From Basidiobolus meristosporus CBS 931.73 (lineage: Eukaryota > Fungi > Basidiobolomycota), in the NCBI GenBank assembly GCA_002104905.1, contig MCFE01000190.1:1-64000 (forward strand): DNA of 64,000 bases. Direction: 5' to 3'. The notes below the pieces were generated by a model. The model did no database searches. It saw nothing but the letters and a program-made list of their open reading frames with translations, and was not told the origin of the DNA. Below, in pieces: positions 11,836 to 25,900 of the stretch. How positions within the stretch are numbered: position 1 is the stretch's first letter; every line of letters starts with the position of its first letter. A program made the position numbers and the translations under genes.

Positions 11836-13505
11836 GATCTGCTGGAATTCCAGGTCAGCTACCAATGACTTGGCCATAAAGTTTGCTCCTCTATCAGATA
11901 CAACTCTGACAGGGCATTCAAGCTTTATAAGGGTCTTGTGGTAGATAAAACTTGGGACTTCTTGTTCACTGGCCAAAAGTACACCTATAGCCACTGGCCA
12001 TTTAGTGACATGGTCAATTGCTAGCAGGATTCAATCATTGCATTTCCAAGTGGTTGTCAGTCTTCCAATAAAGTCAATTCCCATCTTTTATATGGTCTTA
12101 TAGGCTCCAGAGAAAGGATTTCAGCATATCTCTGTGTGTGGCCTTGGTTGATCTGGCAGCTTAGCCATGTTTTAACCAGCTTCTTGATATCTTGTTTCAT
12201 TTTGGGGACCATGCTCTTACTTTCACAAGGCTATGGGTTCCTTCAATTCCAGGATGTCAGTATCCATTGTATGGCTTATGTATTAAGTCCTGGCAAGCAA
12301 CATAAGGGCAATATGCAACAGGGCTTCCATTGAAAATTTGGTAGATTGGTTTATCCTGTACTACTAACTTGCTGGCTCCATCTCAGATTAGCTATTTTTT
12401 CACTTCTTTGGCCAAATTTGCAATGGCTTGGTCCACAATTACTTTGGCAATATGATAGGCCAATCTTATTTATGAAGCACCTTGAGTTGTGCAATTTGTT
12501 CTAGTCCAAATGAGGCATTATCAATTGAGTAGTTTTTCCCAGTGCAGCAGAAAATCCCCAAGTAAAAATGTTAAATGTATTCACTGCTTGTGGTCATTCT
12601 TCTGAATAGTTCATTCTGAGTGTATATACTTGATTGAGGCATGATCAGTTTCCACAGTCCACTTGATTCCTTCAATATAGCATCTCCAGGTCTGTAAGCA
12701 GTGTATTATGGCAAGCATGTCCTTCTCATGCACTGAATAGTCTTGTACAGCTGAGTTCAGCTTCTTGGTCTCAAAAGCAACTGGTTAGTTCTTTTGCACA
12801 TGTTCTTGGCTCAGTACTCTATCAATTGGATAATCTGAAGCATCTCTGCACAGAGTAAACTCTATTGTGAATTCTGGTATCCCTGAGCTTGGCAGCTTAG
12901 CAAGTTCATACTTAGGTGTCCAAAAGGGAGTCTCACAGGCTATGTCCCACCTTGAGGTATAATCTTTCTAGAGGGTTTCAGCTGAAGGGGCTGCAATATT
13001 GGCAAAGAACTTGACAAATCTATGATATTAGGAAACCAGTCCAAGGAATGATATAAGTTTTGATATGCTATGGGCTGTTTAGATTCTTGATGATCTCAAC
13101 CTTCTTGGGATCTAAGGTCACACCTGTGGTAATCATTATGTGTCCCTGGTATTCAGCATGTTCCTTCAAGAACTCAGGCTTTGTTAGCTTGCTATCTCTT
13201 AGCTTCTTGAAGATCTTTTCCATGTGCACCAAGTGGACCTCTTCAGTCTTGCTGTATATTTATATGTTATACAGATAGATTACCTCACACTTGGCTAAGT
13301 ATTCCTGGAAGATGGATTGCATTAAGGCCATGAATGTTGCAGGGGTGTCAGTGACGCCAAAGCACATGACTAAGTACTTGTATTATTTTATCTGGTCCCC
13401 AATGCTCTCTAAGGAATATCTACTGGTTTACTGTAATCTGTTTGTATCCTGACATAAGGTCAATCTTGCTGAATATGGTGGCCCCATTTAGTTGTGTTAT
13501 GATCC
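11836..13505 (-). mobile_element. Ty3/gypsy G1 fragment c: degraded RT, RNase H and integrase N-terminal half
   Basis: Reverse-complement similarity to 9170-10800. It is probably the upstream part of fragment a. Confidence 0.8.
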
Positions 13506-15105
13506 TGTTACAAGTCTTGGTATGAGAGTAGTAGAGGAATAGGAAGTTTAGATAGTATTGTATTCACTAAGACTTGCACTGATCTTTATTGAGATTCCAG
13601 CATCTCCTTATATACATTTTGCCAGATCAATTGCTGACAAATTGTACTTCCTAATGTAGGCTGTGGCTGATGACTCATATGATTGCGTCATCATCACCCA
13701 ACAAGATCCTACCTAATATACTAATATCTGTTTGATAAGGATCTGCTGATTCATTTGCTGACTAATGCTACTGATTTGATAGATGATACTGATATACTGA
13801 TAACCTAAGCATATAACTAATTGATTTGACTAAAAACTGATCTAACTTAACCATTCAAGCAGCAGATCATTGCATTCTCCCCTGCTAAAGTTGAGAGGTT
13901 TCTCCTAAATCTCTTTTCTTGGGATACCAATATCTTGATGGTTCAGTATTATCAGCAAGTCTTGCAAGCTTGAGTCTGTCCCTATGCAATAAGTCTTCCT
14001 GGATATTGCCTTGTTTGTCCACTAGTTGGTAAGCTGCAAATGCACATTCTCTGACAATCTTGAATGGTCCTGTCCATTGTGGCTCAAACTTCTTCCAAGT
14101 GTTGTTTCTTAGCAATACAAAGTTCCCAACTGTCAATGCTTCTGGTGCTATAGTCTTATCAAATCTCTGCTTCATCTTTTCTGCACTTTGAGACACTTTG
14201 GTCTGTGCCTCTTGATGTCTTTGTTCCAGTTGCTGGTGTCTACTTAGCTGACTGAGTTCATCTTCTAAGGTGTCTGTAAGCTTTGGTTGTATGATATCTC
14301 CTGGAATACTTGTTTCATATTCATTCACTAAGTAAAATGACAATTGCTGGGTGGTGTTGTGTACTCTGACTCTGCATGCAAAGAGTGCTTGGTCTATATG
14401 CTCATCCCATCTACTGATAACTCCATTTGCATACTTGGTCAGCATTTTTCTAAATAATCCATTAGACCGTTCAGTGACTCCATTAGTTCTGGGGTGATAT
14501 GCTGAGGTTATCAAGCTTTTGATCTACTGCATTTCCAGGTAAGCTTCCAATGTCTTTGCCATAAAGTTTGCACTGCTACCTGATAGAATCTCTACAGGGC
14601 ATCCAAACTTCATAAACATCTCATCATAGATGAAACTTGCAATTTCTTGTTCACTGGCTGTAGTTACGGCTTTAGCCACTGGCCATTTAGTGGCATGATC
14701 AATTGCTACTAGGATCCAATGGTTGCATTTCCTGGTAGTTGGCAGTCTTCCAATAAAGTAAACTCCCCATCTTTCAAATGGTCTTACAGGCTCCAAGGGA
14801 AAAAGTTCAGCAATTCTCCATGGTTGGCCTTGGTGGATTTGGCAATTTGGGCATGTTTTCACTAGCTTCTCAATGTCATGTTTCATTCTGGGCCACCATG
14901 CTCTGCCTTTCACAAGGCTATAGGTTCCTTCAATTCCAAGATGTGCATATCCATTGTTTAGCTTATGTATTAAATCCAGGCAAGAAACATAAGGGCAATA
15001 GGCAATAAGGCATCCATCAGCAATTTGGTAGAGTGTTTCATCCTGTGCTACAAATATGCCGGCTTCATCCCAGATTATCTTCTTGATATCCTCATCCACC
15101 GTATT
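13506..15105 (-). mobile_element. Ty3/gypsy G1 fragment d: integrase, PPT and 3' LTR (13506-13874)
   Basis: ORFs 14524-15189 (H..YAHLG..CPNC zinc finger, PFERWG core) and 13885-14514. Confidence 0.9.
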
Positions 15106-16833
15106 ATAGGAAACCTGCAATTGATGTGATCTGATCTCTGTCAACCCAATCTGAGATGCATCATGTATAATATATGGAAAATTCAACAATCACATTAGTT
15201 TTCATATATATCTCAAATAAGACCAGGCTGATGCCAATAAACCACTGTATAAGTATTCAAATCCACTGCTATGGTCCCCATACCAAGTCTCAACTCATCT
15301 TTAGTACAACCCAGACAAAATTCATCCCCCACCTCACAAGTGCAGTCTGGATTGGAAAAGTTGATGTTTGCTCTGTTTGCGTTCTTGCCAAATGATTTTA
15401 ATATGGCCTAAGTGTCTAGGATGAGCCTTCTTACAGATATTTGGGCACTACTCATTAATCTAGCAGAACTAGATACCCTAGAGAGTTGACAAAGATGGAA
15501 GAATTTGAGTAGAAAGCTGGGCATGAGTTCTACATCAAGATGCCAGCCAATTTATGTAAGTAGATATAAAACAAGAGAAGTGTTGAAATCAAGAATGGGC
15601 TGAGAGTGAGGGGATTTGATGAAGAAGCTGCATGGGAACAATTTTGTGTGAAATTTGCACAGTACAGGCCAGACAGTCCATTTGAGCCACAACTTTGGGA
15701 GCCAAAGAGATTTTGAATGAGTTTTTGCCTCAAATGACTGATGTACTAGGTGATATATTAGTATAGCTAAGTGGCTTCCAAGAGCAATATACACAGGACT
15801 CGTCCAGGCAACAGTTCCAAAGTATCAGAAAGAGGGTAAGTGAATACCTTGAGGTATCAGATGGTGAGCTTCAGGAGGAAGTATGCAGACAGCAAGCAAC
15901 AGCGTCTAGATTGTGCCAGCACACCTTTCTGGACTCCTTACCATCTCTTGCAACCACAGAGTGCTGGCACATGTCAGTTCATACTACACCAACACCCTTC
16001 ACCAGAATGCCCTGCATCAAGTCAACACATGTTGGGTCAATGTGCATGCTTAAGAGCAAAATTACCAGAACTTGCCAAACTGTTCATTTAGACACAAGTC
16101 CATTGGAGTTGACCAAGTTGCATCTACAAGCAGCATCACATTGAACTCAGCCAAGGGCCAAGCCAACGCATCAAGTCATGCCTGCATGTGCTGTTTCACC
16201 TGACCATCAGCAAATTACTTCTGGTGAACTGACTGATGAAGACCCACATAAAATGCCTCAACCACCAGAGCCCTTGTCAAGTAAGAGAACGTGTCAGCAC
16301 ATGGCACTCCAGGCCAGTTCAGTAGGTTCAATTGGAGCAATTCAGCATGGCCAAGCTGCAGCATTGTACTCCTGAACTAGGAGGCAAAATACTGACTACA
16401 AATACACCAGTAGCCAAGATGATAGTCAGCAAGGAAGTAGTATAGGTGTGCAAAGTGAGTCACTACCAGATGCTTCAGTAGTAATCCTTGTGAGAAAAAA
16501 CCCAGGAGAAGATGATGCAATTGCTTTGAATTACCATTGTTTGTAATGATCCCAACAACACATTTTTTTGCAATCCCAATCAAGCCATTGCAAATAAGAG
16601 ATCATCAAGTTTTTTATCCAAATGCGCATGTGATGCGTACACTACAAGTTGGCACAATCATCTGTGCCAACCTCATTGTGTCAGATTGTGCCATAGTGTG
16701 CAAGATTGTCCCACATAGTGCAAAATTGTCTAAGAGCAATCCTGCCTTCTGGTAGCTATAATATTGCACCCAATTGTTCTTTACAACTGAGGATTGCGCC
16801 ACACACCCTGGCACAGTATGATGGAACAAGTCT
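15106..16833 (+). mobile_element. PHIS-type transposon copy 3: accessory ORF remnant and right TIR
   Basis: Matches 22760-29423 with a ~430-bp deletion. Ends ...GGAACAAGTCT, the reverse complement of the left TIR AGACTTGTTC at 21509. Confidence 0.82.
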
Positions 16834-17431
16834 ATAGTACTGAAATTCTATAGATAGTAACACAGACCTAAGTCATATATCATGGTTACTGACACAGGTA
16901 CTTACTTAATGTAGATATATCTGTTGATCACAAAGCTGAATTACATTTTGGATAACCAATGCTGATAACTAATCAGGGTAAATATCATATGAGGGTAATA
17001 ACTATAACTTGGGCAAAGAATATTGGGATACTATTAATGAGATAATATATGAAGAAGTGCATCATAATAATTGTATTGATAAACCTGTCTGTAGGAGTTA
17101 TGAATACCCTACCCCACTGTTGGAACACCATCAAGTCTCTTGCCATGTAAGCAAATTGAATGTATTGGCCAGTTAGATCTGCTCAAATAAATGTAGAGCA
17201 CATGAAGACCATAACAATGCCATGCAACTCTTGTCAAAGGATTGCTTAATCACCATCAAGTCTTCTACTTTACTTGGCAGTAGAATCAGCAAAGCACCTT
17301 TACAAACCTGTCATAAGATTGAGTTGAGAGTCATTAATTCCAAGCCACTGGCATTTTAATGGCCTTCTTGTTGGACACTAATGGCTGATCTTTATTGGAT
17401 CTACCCAAGGGACCATATTATTTTCATAGGG
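16834..17431. mobile_element. Right arm of a CCCTA-terminated TIR element inserted in copia E RT
   Basis: Ends GGACCATATTATTTTCATAGGG, matching TIR-like motifs at 32391-32414, 32548-32570 and 62361. Copia RT sequence starts immediately after. Confidence 0.5.
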
Positions 17432-18721
17432 CATTAGAAGAGACTAAATCCAGCCTATCTAAGGAGTGCACAATGTTCAATCTAGAAGAACTTGGTTACT
17501 ACTTAGGGTTAGAGTGCTGAATAGACAGAAGTACCCACGGTGTCACCCTAAGCCAGTCAAAGTATACTCAAGACTTAATGAAGTACCCAATGGAAGACTG
17601 CAAATTTGTAGTTACCCCAATGGAGATAAATCTCAACATGGTTAAACTCAACCAAAGTAAGAGAGTAGGTACCATCCAAAAGCCCAGAATATCCTTATCA
17701 TTATATGACTGGCCCTCTGATGTATATCAAGCCTGGATCACAGTGAGATATCTCATATTCAGTGGGAGCTGTCAACTGTTGAAATCAGTGCTATGAATTA
17801 ACCATAGTTGTCAGTTAAGCAGATTCTTAGATGCATGAAAGGGACTGCTGATATCCGCTTAAGGTACCCCCATAAGTAATCAGAGCAGTATTTTGTACAA
17901 TACTCTGATGATGCTTGGGGACAAAGCTCAGAAGTCACAAGATCCACAATAGGATACATGTTTCCTTACTGTGCAGGAGCAATTGCATGGAACTTAACAA
18001 AACAACCAACCATGGCTCTCTCCACCTCAAAGGCAGAGTGTATGGCTGCCTTTGAAGCTACACTAGAAGCATTGTGGCTAAGAAAGATTGTTTAAGAGTT
18101 AAGCATATGTCAAGAAGTGGCTATTACTTTATTTCAAGATATTGAGGGACATGTAAGATTAGGTAGAAGTCCAACTTTTGATGTTAGAGCTAAGCACATA
18201 GATATTAGACATTGTTACATAAATAAGGCTATAGAGAATAACTTAGCTAACTTAGTTTACAGTACCAGAGATGAGTTGATTGCAGACAAATTTTCCAAAC
18301 TATAAGCTAGAGACAGATTTGAATATTTCAGGTCCCAATTAGGTCTAGTTGGTAAGAACATTTAGTTGAGTGGGAGTGTTGTAGAGTTCATAATACACCT
18401 AAGTATTGAGCTAGCTTATTCACTCAGATTTTACCTACAAATCTTGGAGAATACTGACCAAGTTCCTTGTTGGGATTTACTTGAAATTTGTTTACCTAAA
18501 TATCAGGTACCCTGAACATGGAAATTCTTAAAGCTGTCCAAATAGCCCAAAACTTTGATCACATGCTCTTGGGACCTTTTCAAATATATTCTACATGTTT
18601 ACTATGTTAAGACCATGACAAAGTAAAAATACCATTTTTACATTCAATAAATCATTAGGTAAGTATTACACAAGCAACTTACTCTGCCAATCACTTAAAA
18701 TATGTGAAAAATTTCATGACA
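17432..18721 (+). mobile_element. Ty1/copia copy E: RT end, RNase H, PPT (18368-18376) and 3' LTR (18377-~18721), heavily decayed
   Basis: Similar to the reverse complement of 24060-25010 (TFDVRAKHIDIRH). Confidence 0.82.
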
Positions 18722-20121
18722 GTGCATTCATTTAGAAACCTGATCAAGTACTTCACTGCACCTGAGAATAAGTTTACCATAGACCCCATAGATCTGAGTA
18801 AATAGATTTAACTCTCTCTAGATTTTGATTTATACAGGGTTCTTGGACTGGTGTCTGGCTTGTTTCCCATAAATGCAGGCTCAGCAGTGCTCCTGATTAG
18901 TCTGGAGATCAATTACTCCAGGAAAAACTGATTTTCAATTGTGTTGCTACAATGATCAAAATACTTATGGCCCAATCTCCTTAGCCAAGATATTAGTATT
19001 TCTTTGCTTTAGTTACTTATGTTGACTTTTGGATGTGATAAAATATAAGTTAACTTGTTGCAATCCTGACCTCAAATGGCCAAGGTAATAGAGGTATAAC
19101 TTTGATTGGTGATCCTCATCCAGAGTTGTCAAAACTGAAACTGAGTACTTCTGTTGTGATCTTGTAACCAATAATAGGTACACAATATGTACTCTGTATG
19201 GGTTTCACTTTAGGGCTAATATTTAAATATAGTGCCAGATAGAACCACTGGACCAAGATAATACCATGCATTTTTGTAGCATGTTGCAAGCCACAGGAGC
19301 TGGATTCAGAGTGCCATGGGTATTGAGTACCTGTTGCATGTCTTCAGTACTTCTGTGCTCTTACATATCATGCACAACATTGATCCCAACTAAAAGGTCA
19401 AAAATGGATTTTCTCCAGCACAATGGGTGAATAACAGGGACTGCTTTGTATGAAGATGAAGATCTATATTTCACACTGTGGCCAAGTATAGGTCTACTCA
19501 GCCTCTATGGCACATTATGGTACTATTTGTCACTGCTGGCTCTATATGTTACTATCCAACAGAACAAGTCTGGTGGCTCCCCTCATTACTTCTCAGGTTT
19601 ACTTGGATAGTTTTTAATGCACTGCATCAAGTGCTCTGATGTTTGCTATAAAAAACATTGTGCTTGAGTTTCTTGCTAATGGGTAAAAAGTTCTTCTTAG
19701 TATCTAAAATGTTGATATAGTCAGTATCAATATATCATGTTGGATGAACATTTTTTGCATTCTAGTTTAGAACAGCTATAAGTAACCTATTATTATGGAT
19801 TGTTAAATTTTAATACTAAGGCTTTTGTGCTCATTGTCCCTCTTTTATAAGCACCAATTTGATGTGTGTCTTCTCCTTCTGCAGCAGCAGTAAGAGAAGT
19901 TGATGTTTCCTTTGAAGGGTCTTGTGCAACTTCTTTGGTAGTTAACATTGCTTACTGCAGCTTTTTCTTCCTCCTTTCTATTGGTTCTAGAGTATTGTAA
20001 TTCCTCAACCAGGGCCTTTGATATGAGTAATTCAAATTCCAGTCTTTGGTATTGAACTCCATGGCTAATACAAAACCCTTGTACCTTTCAGTCAGGCTAT
20101 TCAAGAGCGTAGCTATCACAT

Positions 20122-21190
20122 TGTAGTGAGGTCACAGTGACACTAACTCACAGATGTGCCCATTTCCATAATATCTACTTCCCTATTTCTCTACTACCCT
20201 TATTTTAGCTTTATCCTATTTGTCTTATATAATCAGTACTATCTCATAAGCTGGCTAACTACAATACCTGCTTATTTATTGCATAAGCTATCCCTCACTT
20301 TATGTACATTTACTATTTAAAAGTGCATCTATATTAGGCAAGTACCTGCAGCAGGATCTGTGACACATGATCAAACTATGTCACCATCCCTACCATTTTC
20401 TTTTCTTATATGGTATCTGTGTGCTACACAGGTCTCAAAATACTGATCCCTGATTAGTTGGATGTGCTGTACCTCTTAGAACCTTCTAGCATCTACTTAG
20501 AACATTCTTAGCTTGTTGTGATTCCATTAAGATTTCTATTGATCCTTGGAACCTTTTGGAGCACCATGATTAGTAATCACCAAGACAATGAGAAAAGTAT
20601 ATAAGGAAGGCAATCCTTTAACAATAAATTATCATCCCCATTATCAGTATACCAAATTGTTGATTAGTGTGATCACTGCTGCCTGCTGCTACCTGAACTT
20701 CCAATCCCTGACCACAAGACACTCCCAAGAATCCATGCTGACAGCCAACTGACCTTGGAGGCACTACTTGTGAGGAATACCCAGAGTAGGTATCATTTAT
20801 TGTATTTGATTCTTTCACATGTTTGTTCTTGTACAGGCCAAGATACTTTTCTGTCTTTGTAACTACTGACCACAGCTGCATTCTTATCAAGTCCCTGCTG
20901 GTGGAATTTACAGTTGCTTTGACTTTGGAAGCTTTATTACAATGTCATCTCAAAGGATGCTGAGCCCAACACATACTTTTGTGAAGATGCCAACTAAGTT
21001 GGGGATTGTAGCTCAGTAGTTTTCCCTTGACATGCTTGTGGCTTTATTCCCCCTCACATTAGAGTAGAGACAGAACCTATGTATACCTAGTAAGCTTTTG
21101 CCAGAGGTTATTGCACCTAGTGCATATCCCACACACAAAATGCTTGAGAAGTGTTAGATGCATCTCTCCCTTGGACTGTACACCACCACA
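20122..21190 (-). mobile_element. L2 complete copy (~1069 bp; solo LTR-like), inserted in copia D gag
   Basis: Termini TGTGGTG..CACTACA. 4-bp TSD ACAT/GCAT. The flanks rejoin as ACTATCACAT-CTTTATCAGTAG, as in the other copia copies. Confidence 0.75.
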
Positions 21191-21681
21191 GCATCTTTAT
21201 CAGTAGCTTGTACACTTGCTAATTTTATTTCATCAACCATCTGGGAAATCCTGACATTTTGGAACTCAAATGGAGAACTGATGTAAAAATTTGTAATTCA
21301 GCCTAAGTATTCACCTATCTTAGTCACTTAGATTATTACCTGCAAATTGTAGAGAACACTGGCCAAATTTCTTGTTGGGATTGACATACAATATTCTCAC
21401 CAAAGTATCAGATAACCAGAACATGAAAGTTCTCAAAGTTGTCCTAACAGCCACAAACATTGCACACATGCTCTTGAGATTTTCCTAAATCTTTTCTATT
21501 TGCTTATTAGACTTGTTCTGTTGGATAGTGCCACAGAGTGCCAGCCTGTTTATATTGCTGGATCAATCTGGCACTATCTGGCACTATAGTTTCTACCATA
21601 ATGACAGTGGTAGGATATAGTTACTGGTAATTTTACTCAATCTTACTTATATTGCTCAGAGTAGTGCTTTCCTTGCTTTAT

Positions 21682-22560
21682 TTACTCTTCATAATGCTCC
21701 GCACACATTTCTCTCAGTGGATATCTTCTTGTATGAATATACTGTGCATTGATAAGTATCTTAACTATTTTGTCTATTCTGCTGTTTTCTCCTATACATG
21801 ACTTTCCTCTGTATTTACCAGCTGATATGCTGAATCTCTTCAGATCTCCAAATGTATGCTCTACCCTCACACTGAAATGATTAAATATCTCATTGTAGAG
21901 CTTCTGCTTCTTGCTAAGCACACCATTCCTTGGCTTCCTATAAGCTGTAATACATCCTAATCTCTGACAATCCTCTCCTGTTTAAGCTAAGTCTGCCATA
22001 CATTTCTCCCCACTACTGAATTCTGGATGATTCTCTACCCAGAGTGCTTTGTCATGCCTACTTCCAGCAAATGGCCCACTAAACCAGATGATGTTACCCT
22101 CAATGTCAGAGAGTACTTGAAACTTCACACAGTGCGCCTTGTACTTGCCGGAATAAAAGTGCCTTTGCCCTCTTGAAGGTCTGTTAATCCTGACTGGGAA
22201 GGTATCCAATTTACTCCTTATATGAGACCTGTTGCTGAACACTCTGGGATATGGAAGTCTATTGGAGCTTCTGAACCTAGTACTACAAGCTTGCTCCAAG
22301 TCATTCATACCCTCTGCAAGGTGGTTCTCCATTACTGTCAGCTAGGAATGAAAGCTTCTAGGACTTTTGTTGCCATGGATGGTGGGATGAAACCTTGCAG
22401 GGCAATAGATCTTGCAATAGTAGAGAAGCTTAACAACGGATCTCCTTGAGTATATTGGGGTAGATGGACCACTGTACTTGGTATAGATCTCCTCTAGTGT
22501 GTCAAAAGGAGATCCAGTGGTAGTGATGGGATTGATGAGAAAAGACCATTCAGATTAGTA
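21682..22560 (-). pseudogene. DDE_Tnp_4 / IS5-like (Harbinger-ISL2EU) transposase, disrupted
   Basis: LDTFPVRINRP..FYSGKYKAHCVKFQV..G..GSRHD..ADLAY..RVEHTFGDLKRF motifs in ORFs 21982-22332 and 21682-21921. The 5' start is approximate. Confidence 0.88.
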
Positions 22561-22924
22561 AGTCATATTAAAATTGGTAAGGATTGGGCTGAGATGATCT
22601 GAATTGATTTGGCGCAATCAGCTTTATTTATTTGATTTTCCATGCATTATGATTAAATCTTCAGCAATTGCCATGTATCCCATCATTTTGTTTTAAAAAT
22701 CATCCTCAAACAATGACTGGGTATTTTTATTGATGATTTACTCACAAGTCTATAATCAAATAAGAAATCCGCAATTAATGTGATCTAATTCATGTCAATG
22801 TAATCCAAGGTGCATCATGAATAATATATGGAAAATTCAACAATCACATAAGTTCTCATATATATTTCATATAAGACCAGGTTCATGTCAATACACCACT
22901 GTATAAGTATCCAAATCCGTCACT

Positions 22925-25900
22925 ATGGTCCCTATAACAAGTCTCAACTCTTCTTTAGTTCAACCTACACCAAACCCATCCCCCAGCTCACAAGTGTGGT
23001 CTGGACTGGAAAATACAATGATGGATCTGTTCAAGCTCTCACCAAATAATTTCAGTATGGCCCAAGTGTCTTTGACAAGCCTTCATACCAATATTTGGGC
23101 ACTACTCATTAATCTAGCTGAGCTAGATACCTTGGAGAGTTGACAGAGATGGAAGAACCTGAGTAGAAAGCTCTAGCATGAGTTCTACATTAAGATGCCA
23201 GCAGATGTATGTTAGAAGATATATAACAAGACAGGTTTTGATATTAAGAATGAGCTGAGAGTGAAGGGACTTGATGAGGACGCCACGTGGGAACAATTTT
23301 GTGCGCAATTTGCTCAGTACAGGCCAGACATGTCTGTTTGTACCTTGACTTTGGGAACCAAAGAGATTTTGGATGTGTTTTTGCCTCAAATGACTAATGT
23401 ATTATGTGATATATTAGTAGAGCTAAGTGGCTTCCAAGAGCAATATACACAGGACTTATCCAGGCAACAGTTCCAAAGTATTAGACAGAGGGTAAGTGAA
23501 TACCTTGAGGAATCAGAAGGTGAGCTTCAAGAGGAAGAATACTGACTACAAGCAACATTGTCTAGATTGCACCAGCATGCCTTGCTGGATTCCTTAGCAT
23601 CCATTGCAACTTCAGTGCACCAGCGCATGTCAGTCCAAACTACACCAGCACCCTTCACAAGAGCACCCTGCATTGACTAAATGCATATTGGGTCAATGCG
23701 TGCACTTAGTTGTAAGAGTCTTGGAGATATTGGAAGTGATTGGGAGGACAAGTAGATTATGTGGTTTTCACTTAATGATTTATTGAATGTAAAAGTAGTA
23801 TTTATACTTTTACCTTGTCTTGGCATTACAAACATGTAGAATAGGTTAAGGAAGGTCCCAAGAACATGTGTGCAAAGTTTGGGCTGTTTGGACAGCTTTG
23901 AGAATTTTCATGTTCTGGGTACCTGGTATTTGGGTGAAAATATTCTAAGTAAATCCCAACAAAGAATTTGGTTAGTATTCTCTAGGATTTATGGGTAATG
24001 ATCTAAGTGACTAAGTTGGGTGAATATTTAGGTGGAATTACAAATTTTTACAACACTCCCACTCTGCTAAATGTTCATACCAACTAGTCCTAATTTTGAC
24101 CTAAGATTTTCAAACTTGTCTCTAGCTAATGGTTTGGTGAAAATGTCTGCAATCATTTCATCTATAGGACAGTAAACTAAGCTAACTTAGTTATTCTCTA
24201 TAGCTTCACATATGAAATAATGTCTAATATCTATGTGCTTAGTTCTAGCATGAAAAGTTGGATTTCTACCTAATTGTATACATCCTTGATTATCTTGAAA
24301 TAAAGTAATAGGCGTTTTTTGACATAAGCCTAAATCTGTAAAATGTTTTCTTAGCCACATTGCTTCTTTTGTAGCTTCACAGGCTGCCATATACTCCACC
24401 TCTGTGGTAGAGAGTGCTACGGTTGATTGCTTTCTTGAATTCCATGAAATTGCTCCTTTACAGTAAAGAAAGGTGTATCCTGTGGTGGATCTTCTTTCTT
24501 CTAAATTTTGTCCCCAATCAGCATCAGGGTATCCCACAAGTTCCTGTTCTGAGTCCTTATAAGTGTATCTTAAGCAGATATCAGCGGTTCCTTTTAGGTA
24601 TCTAAAAATCCACTTAACTGCTGCAATATGATCAGATCCATAGGTCTGATTATGTTGGCTGACAACTCCCACTAGATATGTGATATCTGGACGTGTTCTA
24701 AGCATGATATACATCAGACTGTCAATCATAAGTTGATAAGGAAAGTCAGGGCTTTCAGATGGCACCAAGCTCTCTTGATTTGGTTGAGTTTTGACCAAGT
24801 TAAGGTTTGTCTCCATTGGGGTAGCTGCCAGTTTATAGTCTTCCATTTGGTACTTCTTTATTATATCTTGAATATGCTTGGATTGGCTTAGGGTGATAGT
24901 CTGGGTACTTCTGTCTATGGAGAACTTAATCCCTAAGTAGTAATCAAGTTCTCCTAGACTGGACATCTTGAACTTGTTAGATAGGCGGGATTTGTCTCTT
25001 CCAATGTTTCTAGGTCATTGGTGGCAATAATAAGATCATCCACATATAGAGCTAATAGAACTGGATTTGCTCTATCTGGCTTATAGTACATACTATAGTC
25101 AACATTACTCCTTTTGAAACTTGAATATTCCAAATAAGAATCTATCTTGCAAGTCCAGGCTCTTGGTGATTGTTTGAGACCATATAGTGACTTTTTAAGC
25201 TTGCAGACCAAATGGGGGTTATCTTGGTCAACAAACCCATCAGGCTGGTCCATATACACATCCTCATCATGTTCTCCATTCAAAAATGCAGTTTTTACAT
25301 CCATTCAATGAATAAAAAACTTATATTTGGCTGCAATAGCCAATATTAATCTGATGGAATTAAACTTGGCTACCAGTGCATAGGTCTCAGTATAGTCAAG
25401 TCCTTTTGTTTGAGAGTATCCTTTGGCTACAAGTCTTGCTTTGTATCTTTCAATTGTACCATCAGCCTTGTGTTTGTCTTGAAGACCCACCTGCATCCAA
25501 TTGATTTTTGGTTGATTGGTAATTTGACTAAGTCCCAAGTTTGATTTTCCATCAGGGCCTGATATTCCTCAGTCATTGCAGATCTCCAAAACTTTGTCTG
25601 AGGGCTATTTAGGGCCTCTTTTACAGTCTGGGGTTCATCCATATGGACTGAATAGACACAGGCTAAGTTTGTACCCTCATTGATATAATAATTTGGGCTA
25701 TTTCTTATCCAAATGGATCTCTGGGCATTTGATACTGGAATGATCACTTCTGGGATATTACTGGGCACTGATTCTGGCTGAACCATGGTTGTAGAGTTCT
25801 CTGGAATGAAAAAATTTTCATTCTTTTACCTGGATTCAATCCTGACAATTGGTGGACTTGAGATCAAATTTTTGTCATCATCTGATGTCATTTTTTGTGA

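Noticed and set aside
11836-13505. GATCT/GATCC flanking two G1 LTR ends as a TSD
   Set aside because: The two LTRs belong to different, oppositely oriented copies, so they cannot share one TSD. At most this hints at a target preference.
20360-20621. Possible small plus-strand LTR (TGTGAC..TTTAACA with TATATAA) nested in L2
   Set aside because: No TSD and no second copy, so it cannot be separated from L2 itself.
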